Shown here in pieces: positions 10,196 through 24,800 of a stretch of DNA of 64,000 nucleotides. Location: NCBI GenBank assembly GCA_951406725.2, contig OX597816.1, forward strand, positions 111,290,001 to 111,354,000. Direction: 5' to 3'. Each line of letters begins with the position of its first letter. Position 1 is the first letter of the stretch. The position numbers were made by a program, and so were the translations under genes. Source of the stretch: Octopus vulgaris. Taxonomy: Eukaryota. The notes beneath the pieces are model-generated. The model was not told the DNA's origin. It did not search any database and saw nothing but the letters and a program-made list of their open reading frames with translations.

Positions 10196-13130
10196 CTAGT
10201 GTAGCTGGTTCTTTCAAGAACTCGCTGAATACATTTAGCAACACTTTGTGTTTGACACTTCATTTCTGGTACTTACCAGTTATTTGTTTTTTGATGTATC
10301 TAGTTATGGCCTTTGTTGTTGTTCTTGCTGTTATCTGTTATTGTAATCGGTCTTGTTTAAACGTTGATCTCTTTTGATTTAGCAGACCTATTGTCAAAAG
10401 CATCCATCGTATTCATCTCGTAATTATTTTTTTTGTCCTTGAATCGAGTTTTCCTTTCAAATGGGCTTATATAACACGATAACAATGTTGTAATGGTTTA
10501 CTATATTTTAGATAAAAAGATTATGAATTGGTACATCAGTGAGTAAGATATATCTTCCATGATAAGAGAAGAGTCTGTTGTTGTTGGTAACCTTACACCA
10601 GCATTGTTTGACTATCTATCACCAAAGGCTATCCAGCCTTCTATCTTAGATCTACTCGACCATGGCTGATAAGAGGTTGTGTATTATTTAATGCCATTCT
10701 CTTTTTAAGCAGGAACATTGCTAAATGACGAGATATTTGGCTGCTATTTCCCTCTATCTTTCTAATGCATGAGCCTCCAAATTGGTCTTGTTTTACCATT
10801 TGAAATTTTTCCTACCATTCCAGTTTTCCCTTGTTATTAAGCAATCTTACTGATCAATCTGTTGACCACATTCCTTCCCATATGTTTCCTACTTACCATG
10901 CATTGCATCGATTTCTATTTTGTGTGGGCTTTTTTTATTTAGTTCTGAAATTTTTTTCGAGTTAAAGAATTGTTTGTTCAAAAACGTGTTACCGCATTTC
11001 GTAACGAAATGTGATTTAGCACTTTTTTCTGTTCCAGGTACCTCTTTTTCATTTTATGCATTTTATATTTTGTTTTATTTTATTCTTTTACGATAGACAC
11101 TTGTTTTTCTTTTCATTTTTCTTATCGTTGTTAATCTCATTATGGATTCAAATTTTTTTTATTTACAGTCTTTTTATGCTTAATTTGCGCGCGATCGCTG
11201 GTTATGTGTGTGTGTATGTAAATGATGGGATAAATGTTTCTATACGAGAAGTTTCGAGCCAGTAGCTAGTTTTCTCTATGGCTGCAGCGTATATAAGTTG
11301 ATTTATGCTGGTTATATTGATGTTTACATCTACTTTTAGTATATGTAAGATGCTCCAGAATATTTTTTTTGTTTGTTTTGTTTTGTTTTTGATTTATCTT
11401 TAAGTTTTATTCTCTTATTTTGTGTACATATGTGTGTGTGATGGCGATGGTGATGGGTTCCTTGACTGATAGGAAGATACTTCCTCAATATTAATTCTTT
11501 CGCTATTCCCACCTTTAGATCGTTGTCATATTCAGAATTTCCAACTTTAAATCATTCTCCTTTTATAACTTTCTTATATTCAATTGTGCTCACATTTTCG
11601 TTGGTGAAAAACTGGTTCAGCATCTGTTGGCCAATATTCTGTTAGTATGCTACGTTTTGATTTTATTATACCTCTTGTTTCTTTTACTTGCACAAGGTCT
11701 ATCTTCCTGATTTATGTTTGCAGTGTTTATGGTTATGTCTTTCTTTTCGATGTTTTTATATTGCTTATTGTTTTTGTCTTCATTATGTATATTTTTTTTA
11801 AGTATTCTTTTAAATGTTCTATTTTTTATGACTAGAGTTATTTTTTATTATTATGCTTTTAAGTATGTATATTAAATTAGCTAGTTTTGGGATTCAAAGT
11901 TATTTCGAGATCAGTTATTTTCAGTTTATGTTGCAGTAGTCGTATTTTTCGGGTAATGTTGCTATAAAATAGAAATGTAGTATGGAAACATTTCTTGCGA
12001 GACTATTTATGATTGTTCGGTTTTATTAGTAGGCCTTGAAGTATAAATTTCTACTTTTTATTTAAATTGTCATTATTAATATTTTTAACAGCTTTTTTTC
12101 TTTTTTACATTTCTAATAAATACGAAATTTTGCACGCTCCGTCATAAATAATAATATTCCTCTCTGAACCCTAGGCCAACGATAAGGTACTGTTATTCTT
12201 ACGTGCGAAGTTATCTACTTGATTTTTAGCCATTTGAAATTAAAACTGCGGAAAGAAAGATAATCATTAAATTGGAATTTAAATCTTGTAAAAATGGACT
12301 ATACATACATATCATGTAATATATGTTTCTTTTACTTGTAGCATAAACGGCTTTCCAGCATAAATGATCACCGATAGCAGCCGTATCAGAAGAGATGCCC
12401 TGCTTATATTTTAAACGCTTGCGAAATCATGATGTATAACATGAATGAGTTGAGCATATCGGAACTAAATCGGTAACACGATAAAAGAATATTTGACAAC
12501 ATACTGTAGGAAATTTTATTGAACTTCAGTAATTAGGTTGGTAACTCAAAGTTCTCGCCTGTGTCCCCCTTGAGAAGAATTGTCATTATGGTTAATGATT
12601 CTTATCATCGTTGACATAATTTAGATCGATTTAAAATCATTTTTGATTCACTATAATAATTATGTTACCTTCGTGTATTATTCATCTATAGGGAATTTTC
12701 CAATGTCATTATTTTATATCGATTGATCAGTGAAAACATTTCACAAAACATGTCATTTCACAATTATTCTATTATCTTGAACTCACATATTATACTGTTT
12801 TACCAAAGAGGCCGAATAATACTGAAAGCTGGTTAAGTTATCATTTCCTGACTAATAATTACCGATACAGTCCTTTGTACATATATCTCTATTTTTTAAA
12901 TTTTTATTTAATTGAAAATTTGGAACTCTCTATTCAACCGCTTGACAGAAATTGTCATTAGCACTAATGATTTTTCTCCTCATCATAAGTGTAAATTAGA
13001 TTGATTAAGCATTCTATTTGTTTCACTATATTTAGTCTGTTAAGCTGCACTTAACTAAATACTCCTAATACAGAAAGATTACTTTCGAAATACGCCGGCA
13101 TAATTCTTATTGTTATTTATCATGAGTTTT

Positions 13131-13348
13131 TAAGACAACGAACTGGCAAAATTGTTAGCGCATCAGACAAAATGCTTGGCTGCATTTCACCTCTCTTTAC
13201 ATTCTGAGTCTAAATTCCATCGAGGTCGACTTTGCGTTTCATTCTTTCGGGGTCTATGAAATAAGCACCAGTTGAGCACTGGCTAGATTTAATCGACTAG
13301 CTCCCTCTCCCAAATTTCAGGCCTTGTGCTTCTAGTAGAGAGGATCAT
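13131..13348 (+). mobile_element. SINE family A, monomer
   Basis: gaactggcaaaattgttagc..gaggtcgactttgc..caggccttgtgcttctagtagagagg. Confidence 0.8.
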
Positions 13349-15154
13349 TTATAATGAGTTTAAATTGTGTTACCAGATTACTTGTTACGGGTTTAAATAG
13401 TGCTCCGTAAGAATGACATGGACAATACCGAATTTACATTAGCCTAAAAGTTATACAATATTTTACCGCCTGCTTGTGATAAGTAGTAAGTACTAAAGAT
13501 ATCCCTATCCAAAAGCGAAACGAAATTATTTAAAACATCTAATACTAAAGGTTAGGAACAATGAAATGTTTAGTGATAGCAAATTTTAAATAAAATCCAC
13601 TCACTTATGTATTTGAATCAGCATTTTTCTGCTCGTGGAAGTCATTATGTTCTGTAAAAAGAAAATAAAGATGAGTTATTACAAATGCAAAAGAAGTAAT
13701 GGTTTCTTTTGTTGACATTTTTATTTCCTTGGTAGGTTATTTGGGGATTTCTTTTTGACAATATATATCAAAATATACACAAAACAGAGTAATATAAAAG
13801 ACAAAACGAAATGAACGAAATGTCTTAAACAGAAGTATTTTATATTATATTTCTTTCCAGTCTAAATTATGTTTTTCTCCACAACAGAATTATAAATAAA
13901 CACTATTGTAAAATGGAATAAAAAAATACTTCTTAAAATGAATTAGTTTTATTTCTTTCTAGCTTATATCAAATTTCTTTCCTTAAATCTGCATTTGTTT
14001 AGAATTTGTTTATGTTCTTCCAAAACGCCTGAGGGGTTATTATATAACTGTGATCCCCCTCTGACGTCCTGGCTACATTCTACATTCCAGTTTCCGAATA
14101 AATATACTTGCCTGTAGTATCCACTCTTTAAAGATTAGCGTCTTTACTTATGTATAAGCAACAGATGTTTTCAGTAACCCTGGTTCAAAGTCTTTATTCT
14201 ACACTCCCATCATTTCATCTGCTATTTCTACATATCTCCGATCTCCTGCAACAATCATTAGTTGTTCAAATATCTCTCCTCGTGTATCGAGGCCCTGTTT
14301 CATTTCAACCCTTCCGCTCTCCCCTCTCTCACTCTCTCTCACACACACACACTCTCACTCTCTCTCTCTCTCTTCCTCTCTCTCTCTCTCTCTCTCATCC
14401 ACTCATTCACTCATTTCCTCTCCCTCAGATGTTTTTATCTTCGACACTACACAGAAACCAGTAGGTGAAATGCCTAACCTTTTTTTCTTTTATAAACTTT
14501 CAATACCAATTAATATCCTCATTCAGCCATATTATATTTCTGAACGAAGCACCTATGCACATATCTTCTACATACTGTGAATAGGTAATTGACATTGTTT
14601 AGCTTCTGGAGGAAAAGAGTTCCAACGTATTATAACTTATTGATATGAGTGATAAACAATATATTTAGGGTAGATTATGACTTCAGACATAGTAACGATG
14701 GTGGGAGAGATAGGTCCATTGAGTGGGTTTCGATGTCATAATATGCGGCTTACTAGTTCGAGGAAGCAGCGATGGTGGCATTCGTAGTAAAGCAAACAGC
14801 ACATCTGCTAAATGACCTTTTTTTATGCGATCAGAGATGTTTGCATTTGTAACAGTCTAGTCATTAGGAAATAACTTTGAGAATGTTAAATATGTGAAGC
14901 CGCTATAAAACATTATCACTCAGGGAGATTATATTTCTGACATTTAGCATTTGTTTTGACTTTAAAGAATTTGAATATTCATGGAGAATATAGCACGAAA
15001 CAATTTCTTCGAAAAGTAGTAATATGTAATATTCTGGGTGAATATAATACTCTACCAGGTAGGTGACAACATAAACTTGTTCAACAATTCTGTTTAGGAA
15101 TGTTTTAGACGATTCAAATCATAAACACCCGTTATGCCTACAGTAGGGTACATA

Positions 15155-15364
15155 CGAGGGGGTGCTGAAAAGTGCCTGGCTTTGAATAAAAGAAAATACA
15201 GCGGGATTATGACTTTACTCAACATATTCCCTCTCAGATTCAGACACTTATTGCAGCGGCCCTTCAGTTTTTTCTATGCCCTCTAAAAGAACTCGGAAGT
15301 TTGAGCCTCCAGCAAGGCCTTTCGTGATACCCTTAAAGCCAGGAACTTTTTCAGCACCCTCACG
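15155..15364. mobile_element. Tc1/mariner-type MITE
   Basis: TIRs cgagggggtgctgaaaagtgcctggcttt and aaagccaggaactttttcagcaccctcacg, flanked by TA on both sides. Confidence 0.85.
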
Positions 15365-17207
15365 TATATTATATATGAACACTTCTTTTTTCTGGGGTGT
15401 GGGGGTCCTTGGAAGAATAGTGTCACTTATAAACGAATGTGTATACTTAGAATAAATTAGCAAAGTTACTAATGATCATGAAAAATGCGGGAGATATAAG
15501 ACACCAAAATTGAAAGAATGGAGGGTTACAGAAAACCCAGTCATAGTAGAATTAAACAAAGGGTAAGACAGAAAAACTTATGACCCTAGAGATGGGTGAT
15601 TAGGAACTTAAGTACAAGATTCTCCTTTCAGACATAGGCAAAGTTTTTCTCGTATCAAGAGCAACAACATTGTTTTGAGATAATTTCTCTGAGAGAAAAC
15701 TTTGGTGTATGACAAAGGTCAACAAAATTTTAGTAAATTTGGATTACATAAACCGTTCTGATGTCACTGAGTGGCGAGATATTCTGTGTTGAAGTGTAAA
15801 AGAGTTCATTGTTTACAGGAGTTTACGTCACTCTTGACATGCGGGATCTGAGGGTGACAGGATAATAGTTGGCTTCGGCAGAAACTTAGTTCTTCATGAA
15901 GATGTGCCACAGACACCGCATTTCATTCATCAGAATATAACCCTGAAGAGAGTTTGGTAAAGAAAAAATCTCAATGTGGGATGCAGTTCAACGGAAGGGG
16001 TACTGTCAACGCCGGTCAAATAATTGAAAAATTAGCAGATTCTAAAACGTTAGTTGTGATCCACTCGGAAGAAACGAGATAGCTGGCAACCGTCATATAA
16101 ACGTGAAATTATTTATTAGCTGTTCATTGGGTCCATTGCTTTATTGATGGTCGCTTTCTAAGTATATTGGTTGTGAATAAAATACCTTCAAGCGTGTGTT
16201 AGAAGATGATTTATGCCAGGTTTTGTAGATAATCATGTTCACTTATATTGTTGGGAGTGAATCACTTGGAGACGAGACAAGAAAAAAAGCTTTAGGTGTG
16301 CTAGATATGTGGAAGAACACGCACGGAAAGATGATATCGGTCAGCTGCTGAATTAGTTCGGGTAGATCACAGCTGAATATAATTTCTCATGACAAATTGT
16401 CAGTGTAGAGTAAGTGGGAGGACAAGTTAAATGAAGTATCTGAATGTCTAGGGATTAGGATACATAGAATAATAGTGAGGTAAAATTTGTTTCATTCATT
16501 AGAAAATTGTAAAACAGTCCTGTGAACACAGCTGCATTTGGAACAAAAATTTATGTGAAAAGTGTTTGGGAGTTAAAAGAAAACGAAGAGATAGAAATTT
16601 GAAGAAAGACAACCTGGTGTAGAGAGAAATAAACACGAGCCAATTCAAGCAGTTTTGTTTTGCATTCCATTTTACCGTAACATTTATTTGTATTCTGTTC
16701 TGAGGAAAAGGGTAAAAGATTATAAGGTTGTAGAGAGAGAATTGAAAAAAAATACCAATTCTGTTTCTTTTTATATTCCACAGAACTTTAACATGTATAT
16801 ATTTCTGTCCTCAAAAAGAAATAAAACATATCATTTCTAACATATGAAGAAAATAAAAATGTCATCAAATACAAATAAATTCTTTGCACCCAACATACCG
16901 TTAACCCTTTGTAAAGAACAAATATGCTGACTATCGTTAGAAATGGGCTGACACAGGTACATCAGTTCATGAATGTCATTTAAATATTGAAGCTTTTATT
17001 CAATTGTTTCCATTTCTAAGCATTGGCAGAGTAAAGAAATTCACTTGGCTTTTGTGTTTGTATACTTCTTTAGTTTTATTTCAAATCACAAGTATATTAA
17101 AAGTGTAAAAGATAGTGAAAGAAATATTTCTTGCAGCCAGTGAAGTAGAAATAACAATAGTGTTAAAGCTACTGGTACTTTCATCTGTTTCTTATCGTTA
17201 TCATTAC

Positions 17208-17431
17208 TTTTCGTCTTGTTTCTCTTCTTCTTCATCGTCTTTTTCTTCTTCGTCGTCGTCTTCTCCTTCTTCTCCTCCTCCTCCTCCTTCTTCTTCTTCG
17301 TCTTTTCTTCTTCGTCTTTTCTTCTTCGTCGTCGTCTTCTTCTTCTCCTCTTCCTGCTCCTCCTTCTTCTTTTTCTTCTTTTTCTTCTTCCGATTATTAT
17401 TATTATTATTATCATCATTATTCTTATTATT
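17208..17431. repeat. Compound (TTC/TCC/TCG)n-(TTA)n microsatellite
   Basis: Seen directly; a similar tract lies at 17841-18032. Confidence 0.95.
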
Positions 17432-17775
17432 AGGATTGCGAGCTGCCAGAATTGCTAGCATGCTGGGCGAAATGTTTAGTAGCATTTCGTCTGCCGCTAC
17501 GTTCTGAGTTCAAATTCCGCCGAGGTCGACTTTGCCTTTCATCCTTTCGGGATCAATTAAATAAGTACCAGTTACGCACTGGGGTTGATATAATCGACTT
17601 AATCCGTTTGTCTGTCCTTGTTTGTCCTCTCTGTGTTTAGCCCCTTGTGGGTAGTAAAGAAATAAGCATTTCATCCGTCTTATGTTCTGAGTTCAAATTC
17701 TGCCAAGGTCGACTTTACCTTTCATCCTTCCGGGGTCAATAAATTAAGTACGAGTTGAACACTGGGGTCGATGTA
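17432..17775 (+). mobile_element. SINE family A, dimeric form
   Basis: Near-identical to 8134-8480, including the aaagaaata(a/g)g(c/t)attt junction. Confidence 0.9.
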
Positions 17776-17971
17776 AATATAAGAAGGGACAAAATTGAAT
17801 TATGGGACAAAAAATAGGAAGGAATGAAGAAGAAAGGAAATCTTCTTCTTCTTCTTCTTCTTCTTCTTCTTCTTCTTCTTCTTCTTCTTCTTCTTCTTCT
17901 TCTTCTTCTTCTTTTTCTTCTTCTTCTTCAACTGCTACTCCTAATTCGTCTCATCATCGTCGTTGTCATCG

Positions 17972-18034
<63 letters not shown>

Positions 18035-18590
18035 GAGTTTGGTAAGAGTGGACGTTTATTCGTGGCTCGTAAGTTTTCTTTAATTTTTTTTTGTTTCATT
18101 AGTTTGGTATTCCAAATTTTCATGAATTGTTAACTAAATAACTCAGCTCGCTGCAAGCGAGACGAGCTGCTCTGGTTTGAATTCGACCTTAAGGGCGAAT
18201 TTTAAGAATCAAAATTGCAAATTTAATATTGTAGAGCAAAACTATGAATATGGCTTCACAAATCGAAGGAAGCGATAGCTATTAGAATAGCCGCTATGAC
18301 ATTTTTTCCAACCACTGGTTAATGTGGTAGGGAAACGAAGGAATAACAACAGCAGCATCAACAACAACAACAACAACAACAACAGCAGCAGCAGCAGCGA
18401 CGAGCAAGGTACATTTAAAATTGACGCAAGCACAAACCCTACCACCTTTCCTAACACCACCACAAATATTAACAAAACGATAACTGCGTTATTATTATTA
18501 TTGAAAGCGATGCATAGTATCCAATATTGCGAAACGGGATCGGTTTCACACACATGGAGAATGGAAAAAGTCGAATTGACACAAAAATAA

Positions 18591-19389
18591 ATGTTGAGCA
18601 ACGCTAAGCTGCACTTAACAAAGAATGGCAGAACAGTCTTCCTTAATACGACGGAGGAAGTGCAAGAATACACAAAGGAAAAGTCTATTATATATAAATG
18701 TATATCATTAAAGGCGAGGAGACTGGAGCGAGCGACACAGGTTCAGATCGAAAATTGCCAGAGACTTATGTTGCCTGTGGGAAACGCTTTGGCACAGTCG
18801 AGGTAAGATTCTCAAATGAAGAATTGGCCAACAAAATGCTATGACAACCCTCAAAGTTAAGGAATTATGGATAATTCCTGCATACCTTGGGCGGAGTGTC
18901 GTCAAAGTAAAGGTTGCGGAGGTGCCACCAGAAGTGAGCACCTCTTTGCCGAGAACAGCCGTATTATATGGCATAGAGGGCAAAATAAAAGTTCTGCAGA
19001 TCCACAAAATTAGAAAGGAGAATTGGTCAAGCACAGGCATGGAACTGTGGTTAAGCGCCGATCTGGGCAACATGGGAGTTTTCCCTTACCTAATCAACAT
19101 ACTTAATGGAACACAGTTATTTGTAGCAGTAGAGGGAAGAAAGCTGAGATGTCATATTTGTGGAAAAACAAACCATTTAAATATTTTCTGCCCTACGCAA
19201 AGAAACGAAAACCTCCACTATAGTGGGAACCTCCAACACAACAGAAACAAAACCAACAGCAGCAACGCAAACAACCATACCAACAGCATCAGCGCCCAGA
19301 GCTGTTGCATCCAAAACTCAAACAACAATAGCATCAACAGAAGTGGCAGCAGCAGAAATCGATTCAACAATATCAGCAGCAAGTACTAG
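18591..19389 (+). pseudogene. LINE ORF1 (gag-like) remnant with zinc knuckle
   Basis: LRCHICGKTNHLNIFCP = CX2CX4HX4C in ORF 18841-19389; frameshifted upstream. Confidence 0.8.
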
Positions 19390-19919
19390 TACCACCCGCA
19401 ATCCTGTTGAAAAATAAAAGGAAAACAATTATAAAATTAAAAGCGCGGTACAAAACTAAAAAAAAAGAGATTAGAGGAGGAGACACAGAAACCAAGAAAC
19501 GATCATAAACCCACATCTTACACCACCGAAATTACAAACATCTCCAACACAACAGACACCCCCCAATAAACACCTGAACAACAGAAAACGAATAGAAATC
19601 CAGACCAGCAACATGAAAAGCACTACCAAGACATTACTAATTCCACGGCCATAGACATAAACAACAAGACCTTAGCAAAACATATTCAAAAATACAGACA
19701 TTACACTCAATGAATACATCGCACCACTTCATAATACGTCCATTCACATAAAAATTATAAAAACAACACAATACATTTGGAACAAACCGAAAGCAAAATG
19801 AGAGATTTACGGGGTACCAGAAATAAAAAGAAAACTTTGCGAAGACAGAACATCTGTCTCTCCACAGAAACATGGTACGTGATTCTCTTCATTCACATTT
19901 TCTCGAACAAACACAACCT

Positions 19920-21652
19920 TGCTCAGAATTGGCTGTATGAACGCATGTGGCCCGGAGTCGCACTGAGAAAAGGACCACTTACTAAATAACCTCAGGTCTC
20001 TAAATTTAGATATAATGACTATCCAGACTCTCTGACCCACGAGCTTTCATGTCCATTATCGGTCGATACTAGTTGTACTTAGATCTATAACAACTGGGAA
20101 TAGTGGAGCGGAAATATGGTGTTATTCCGAGGCGGTCTGGATCTGAAGATACGGATTATCTTCCTGGATTCAGAAGGTAAATTAGTGGTCTGAATGGAAA
20201 TAGTAACGACGGGGATGCCTACATACTAGTGGCTGTTTATGCTTTGACAGGGGTTGTACAACCAGATTTCTTCAGATGATTGGTAGTTTTCCTGGAAACG
20301 TCACAACCTTTAGTGTAACTGGGTGACGCTTAGATTGATTGTGTGGGTTAGCTGTTGGAAGGGTGGAGGCAAAAACCACGCGAACCTGCTCAGATGCTTT
20401 CAATTATCTGACAGGTACCAACTGGATTTCCTGAAAGTGCCAGTGCGGCTATGGACGAACTGCATTGGGTCATATAGGTCGTATCTAGATAGAATATTTT
20501 TTGGCCGATAGATAAGTACAGCATAAGTTGTCCACTTTTTAAAACAGCCCGCTACTCAGAGCATAAATTTGTGATCTTCACGGTCGACTTCGAGAGACTT
20601 CATAGGTAGGGACCCGGTTACTGGAAGCTGTACGAGTCACTCCCGGCGTGCCAAGCTTACAGTAACTGGATTAGTGAATTCAATCAACGGGCGATGACCT
20701 AATCAATCAACAATGCTGGTTTGCTCTCAAAAGTGCAATTATAGTAGAATCGATTATGTTTAGTAAGACTTTAACAATAGAAAGGAAAAGAATAGAGGGG
20801 AAGTTAGTTAGAAACTTAGACGAGATGCTTAGAAAAAGGGTATCACAACAGACCTGCTAGTGAAGGCTGCATTGTTTGAACCAAGGCGCCTGCGCTAAGA
20901 AATGAGGGAACGAAAACCGTTTGAGAGTCCTGAGTGCCAGATGCCCAAGATGACAACAAAGTCACAATTCGGTATTTGGTGAACCAAAATGGTTACACGG
21001 TACTCAAGCCCGAGCAGTTGTGTGTGGCATTTCAACAGCATTTCATCCAACTTTTCGAGACGAATGGCAATACGAAAAGCAGGATAGACTTCAGTGCCTA
21101 CCTCGACGGCATGTCATGACTCTCAGCAAGTGGGACGGAGTGTTGCGAAATGCTGATAGCAGCTGCGGAAACACGGGGTGCGGTGGTGGATCCGACGGTG
21201 CGATGTGAGTCAAATTGCCTGGTTTCGATGGTTGCCCTACAAGCTCTAGTTTTATAGGCTAGACTTGGCAGCAGAACGGGAGAATTGCAAGTTCTGTGCG
21301 TCGAGGAGCAGTGGCACTACTAAGAAAAACACAAAACAAGGGAGACCAAATAGAAAATTTGGGGCCCATAACACTGCTGGACGCAGATTTCAGAATTTTG
21401 ACCGCGGTGTTAGCGAAGAAGTTGGTGCTTGTCGTCGAAGAAATGGTTGGCGATGCGCAAACATGCATAATCCCAAACAGATCCATCCACGACAACCTCT
21501 GCCTCATGCGATTTATCATAGACAGGGTTAAAGATGTGATAGGTGAGGCCTTGATCAATTTGAATCAATATAAAGCCTTCGGTAGTGTCGACCATCAATA
21601 CTTATCGGCCGTTCTCGCAGAAGCCGGTTTCGCTCCCGTACTCCGTGGCTAG
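19920..21652 (+). pseudogene. LINE ORF2 remnant (APE endonuclease + first RT motifs), many stops and frameshifts
   Basis: ORF pieces 20323-20511, 20934-21119 and 21296-21652 carry L1/Tx1-type motifs. Confidence 0.85.
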
Positions 21653-21785
21653 AACTATCTACTCGGTAATTGTTACTGCTTTTTTTTACCTTTTGCACGC
21701 CTTTTATGTAACCCCTAGTTGTGTTGTCCTGTACCATCCTCAGTGTTTTTGTGAAACATGTGAGGCTATTAAAGAAAACAATTAT

Positions 21786-21838
<53 letters not shown>

Positions 21839-24800
21839 TGTTGTTGTTGTTGTCTCCGACTTAGTTGTAGCAAGAACAATAGTTGTTCCACGTTCCTTAG
21901 AGCGAAAAGATCTTGTTACATCTGTTTTAATACTCCGTGAGATTTGGCTAATATTTCATTAATATCCCGATTTTGATACACTTCCTTGCGTAGACCTTAA
22001 GATATATTAACAGGAAATTATATCATTGGGTATGTGTCGCATGAGAGTCGATACTGAAGTGCCATTCCCTTACACAGAAGGTGTGATAAACACATCATTT
22101 TTTTAATTGCGCATAAAGCTAACGCGCTCGGTATAGTTTTTCCCGTGTGAGTCACGTTTCATTTAACCAGATGAAGAGCACCGATTACTATCATTACTTA
22201 TCATTACTGTGTATATTCTCATAACTCACATCTTACTCATTTTATTACGTTCTTTCAGACGATGCTTTGTTTAGAAAGGGTCCATATGCATTCTAAAGTA
22301 CGTTTCATTGTCACAAGAAGTGGGGTTTGATGTATGCTTAAACGTCATCGCAATTTTTATATAGATGCCACTTCATATTGTCCAAAACATATCGCTATAT
22401 ATGCGATCGTATCTATGAATATATATTCTGCTTTTATTCGACTAAGCAACCAGAAATTGATGTGGTAGTTTCTTGTTTTAACTACATTGCTTATAGCTGA
22501 CACTAACTGTTATTTTTTTTGTTTGTTTTTGTAATTTTATTTTCGTTTCTTTTGGAGGTTAGATAACATTTTTTGCACGGATAAAATTGGATATTTTATT
22601 TATTTATTTATTTATTTTCCTGCAGCTTCATGCGTTTGTTAGCTTTCGTATTGCTTCACTTCCTTTTTGTCCAGTCTTGCAGGATACTGATGTCGGAGAA
22701 TTTTTTCATCTCTTCAGAGATAAAATATTTGTGTCAATATTAGAAATTTCATTAATATTGTAAATTAGATAGCAGGTCGGTCACTCTTCAAACAGAATTC
22801 TTATTGTATCAAATTATGTCCTTCTACATTCTGACTTTAATTCTTGCTATGACTGATTTTGTTTTCCATCATTCTGGAGTTGATTAAATAAAAACCATTT
22901 TTGTACTGAGGCCGATTTTATCGACTACATCCCTTCTCTTGAAATGTATGATCCTGAGCCAGTATGAGAAATCGTTATTATTGCAAAAGAGTTGAGGGCG
23001 ATAGATTGTCAGGATCGGTAGAAGCTCAGACAAACTGTCTGGCATAATTTTTTTCCAGTACTTTTCGTTCTGAATACAAATTTCATCGTCACTGATTTTG
23101 CCTTTCACCTGTCCAGCGTCCATAAAATAGATAATAAAACAATACTGGGAACTATTAAATCAGCTCGGCCCTCTGAATTAATTATTTCTGCTTGTATAAA
23201 ATATCATTGTAAGAAAATGGTGGATTAAGGCCTCATTCTATTCAGAGACGGTCCAGAATTCGAACTGTACTAAAGAAGGCATTTCTATTTTATTCTTTTG
23301 GGGTGGATAAATTTGGTGTTTTCAGATAATGGAACTAACTGAAAATGCTCACCAAATATTTGACCATTAACCTATGTTTATACCTAATATTGTTAAAGTA
23401 CTAAACAGTATTTGATTAGTCTTTACGTTCTTAGTTTAAATGCCGCCCAGGTTGACTTTGCTTTTCATATTTTCAGGGTCGATGAAATAAGTACCAGTTG
23501 AGCACAAGGGTTAATGTGATCGACTAGCCCACTACTCCAAACTTTATTATCTTTACTGCTAAATTTAACACAAGTATTTACATTACGTTTCACAGTTTAC
23601 TATTGCTGTGATTATATGAATATATATATATATATATATATAAATTTATTTCTTGGCAAAGTGACTTCTTCCCTTGATACTGTTGTTTATTTATTGACTT
23701 ATTCCATATAAGCTTCTTAATAATCACTAAAGTGTGATTATTTTTAATGCCATTTTTCTCGATATAGTTTTTCTGCTGGTGTTTTACAGGATTTCATTGA
23801 TTACACCTATAGTTACGATGTTAATAATTTTACAAGCACCCCGGGGGTCAGGCTAAATAACGACACAATAATGCTAAAATGTATAACACTATAATGAAAA
23901 TAATTGATTATTTAAAAACTCTTACATCATTTTCTTATATTGATGCAGTTCCGGACATAAGTAGCAAATTGAATACATTTCGGCAAGCTACTGGTAGTAA
24001 TTTTAGCAAAATCTAAAGGATAACAGGCAAAAGTGGCATCATCAGATTTGACCTTGAAATATAGAGGCGAATCTTAATGTCATGTGCCGTAAGGTATCGA
24101 CTCCATTCCGCTACTATTTCTGCCACTCGACTACTACCACTGCTACTACTACTTCTAATAAGAGTAATAATTCTTTCTACAATATGCACAATACTTGAAA
24201 TTTGGTGGGAGGAGATAGTCGACTACATCGACTAGCCCACTACTCCAAACTTTCAGGACTTGCGCCTATAGTATAAACGATTATTATCTTTATTGCTAAC
24301 TTTAACGCAAGTATTTGCATTACGTTTCACATTTTACTTTCACTGTAATCATAGTCACACGGGTTATTTCCAAAACTATCTTATAATAATTCTACTTGTC
24401 GTTCCGTTACTTAGCCCGTCGGTAATGCTTTCATGTGATTAGAGAAAAAGAGGGAGAGAGAAGCTACCATGACGTGAAGTAGAGGGAATGTAATTATAAC
24501 GCTTTCACGTAATTAGTTGATGGGAAAGAGAGGAGAAAGAAAAAGGAGAAAAAGATGATAAGGTGAAGAGTAAGACAGAAAGAGGGAGAAAGAAAAAGAG
24601 GAAGAGAAAAGCGTTCATGACGTGGGGTAGGGGGAACGTAATATTTGTTACGTAGTTAAAAAAGTTAGTTCAAGGTAGTGATGATATAGAGAAGGAGAGT
24701 CAAAATTATAATTTTAGCAGAGGGTTGATGTTCTGATGGTGAGATTAAAGAAAGACAGAGAGAGATGGGAGGGAGAGAGAAAGAGGGAGTAAGAAATGAT

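Larger units (their letters stand above)
18031..21785 (+). mobile_element. Tx1/L1-like LINE with ORF1 + APE + partial RT, internally deleted before the 3' UTR
   Basis: ORF1 CCHC knuckle; APE motifs (GCMNACG, SYLDRIF, SEHKFV, GPGYWKL); RT motifs (PITLLDADFRIL, Q...IPNRSIHDN, NQYKAFGSVDH). Flanked by (TTA)n and (TAG)n. Confidence 0.9.

Noticed and set aside
17086-18123. Long low-complexity ORFs (poly-S/R/E/L/I), also at 29055-29487, 37904-38266 and 60762-61473
   Set aside because: They are translations of trinucleotide and dinucleotide microsatellites.
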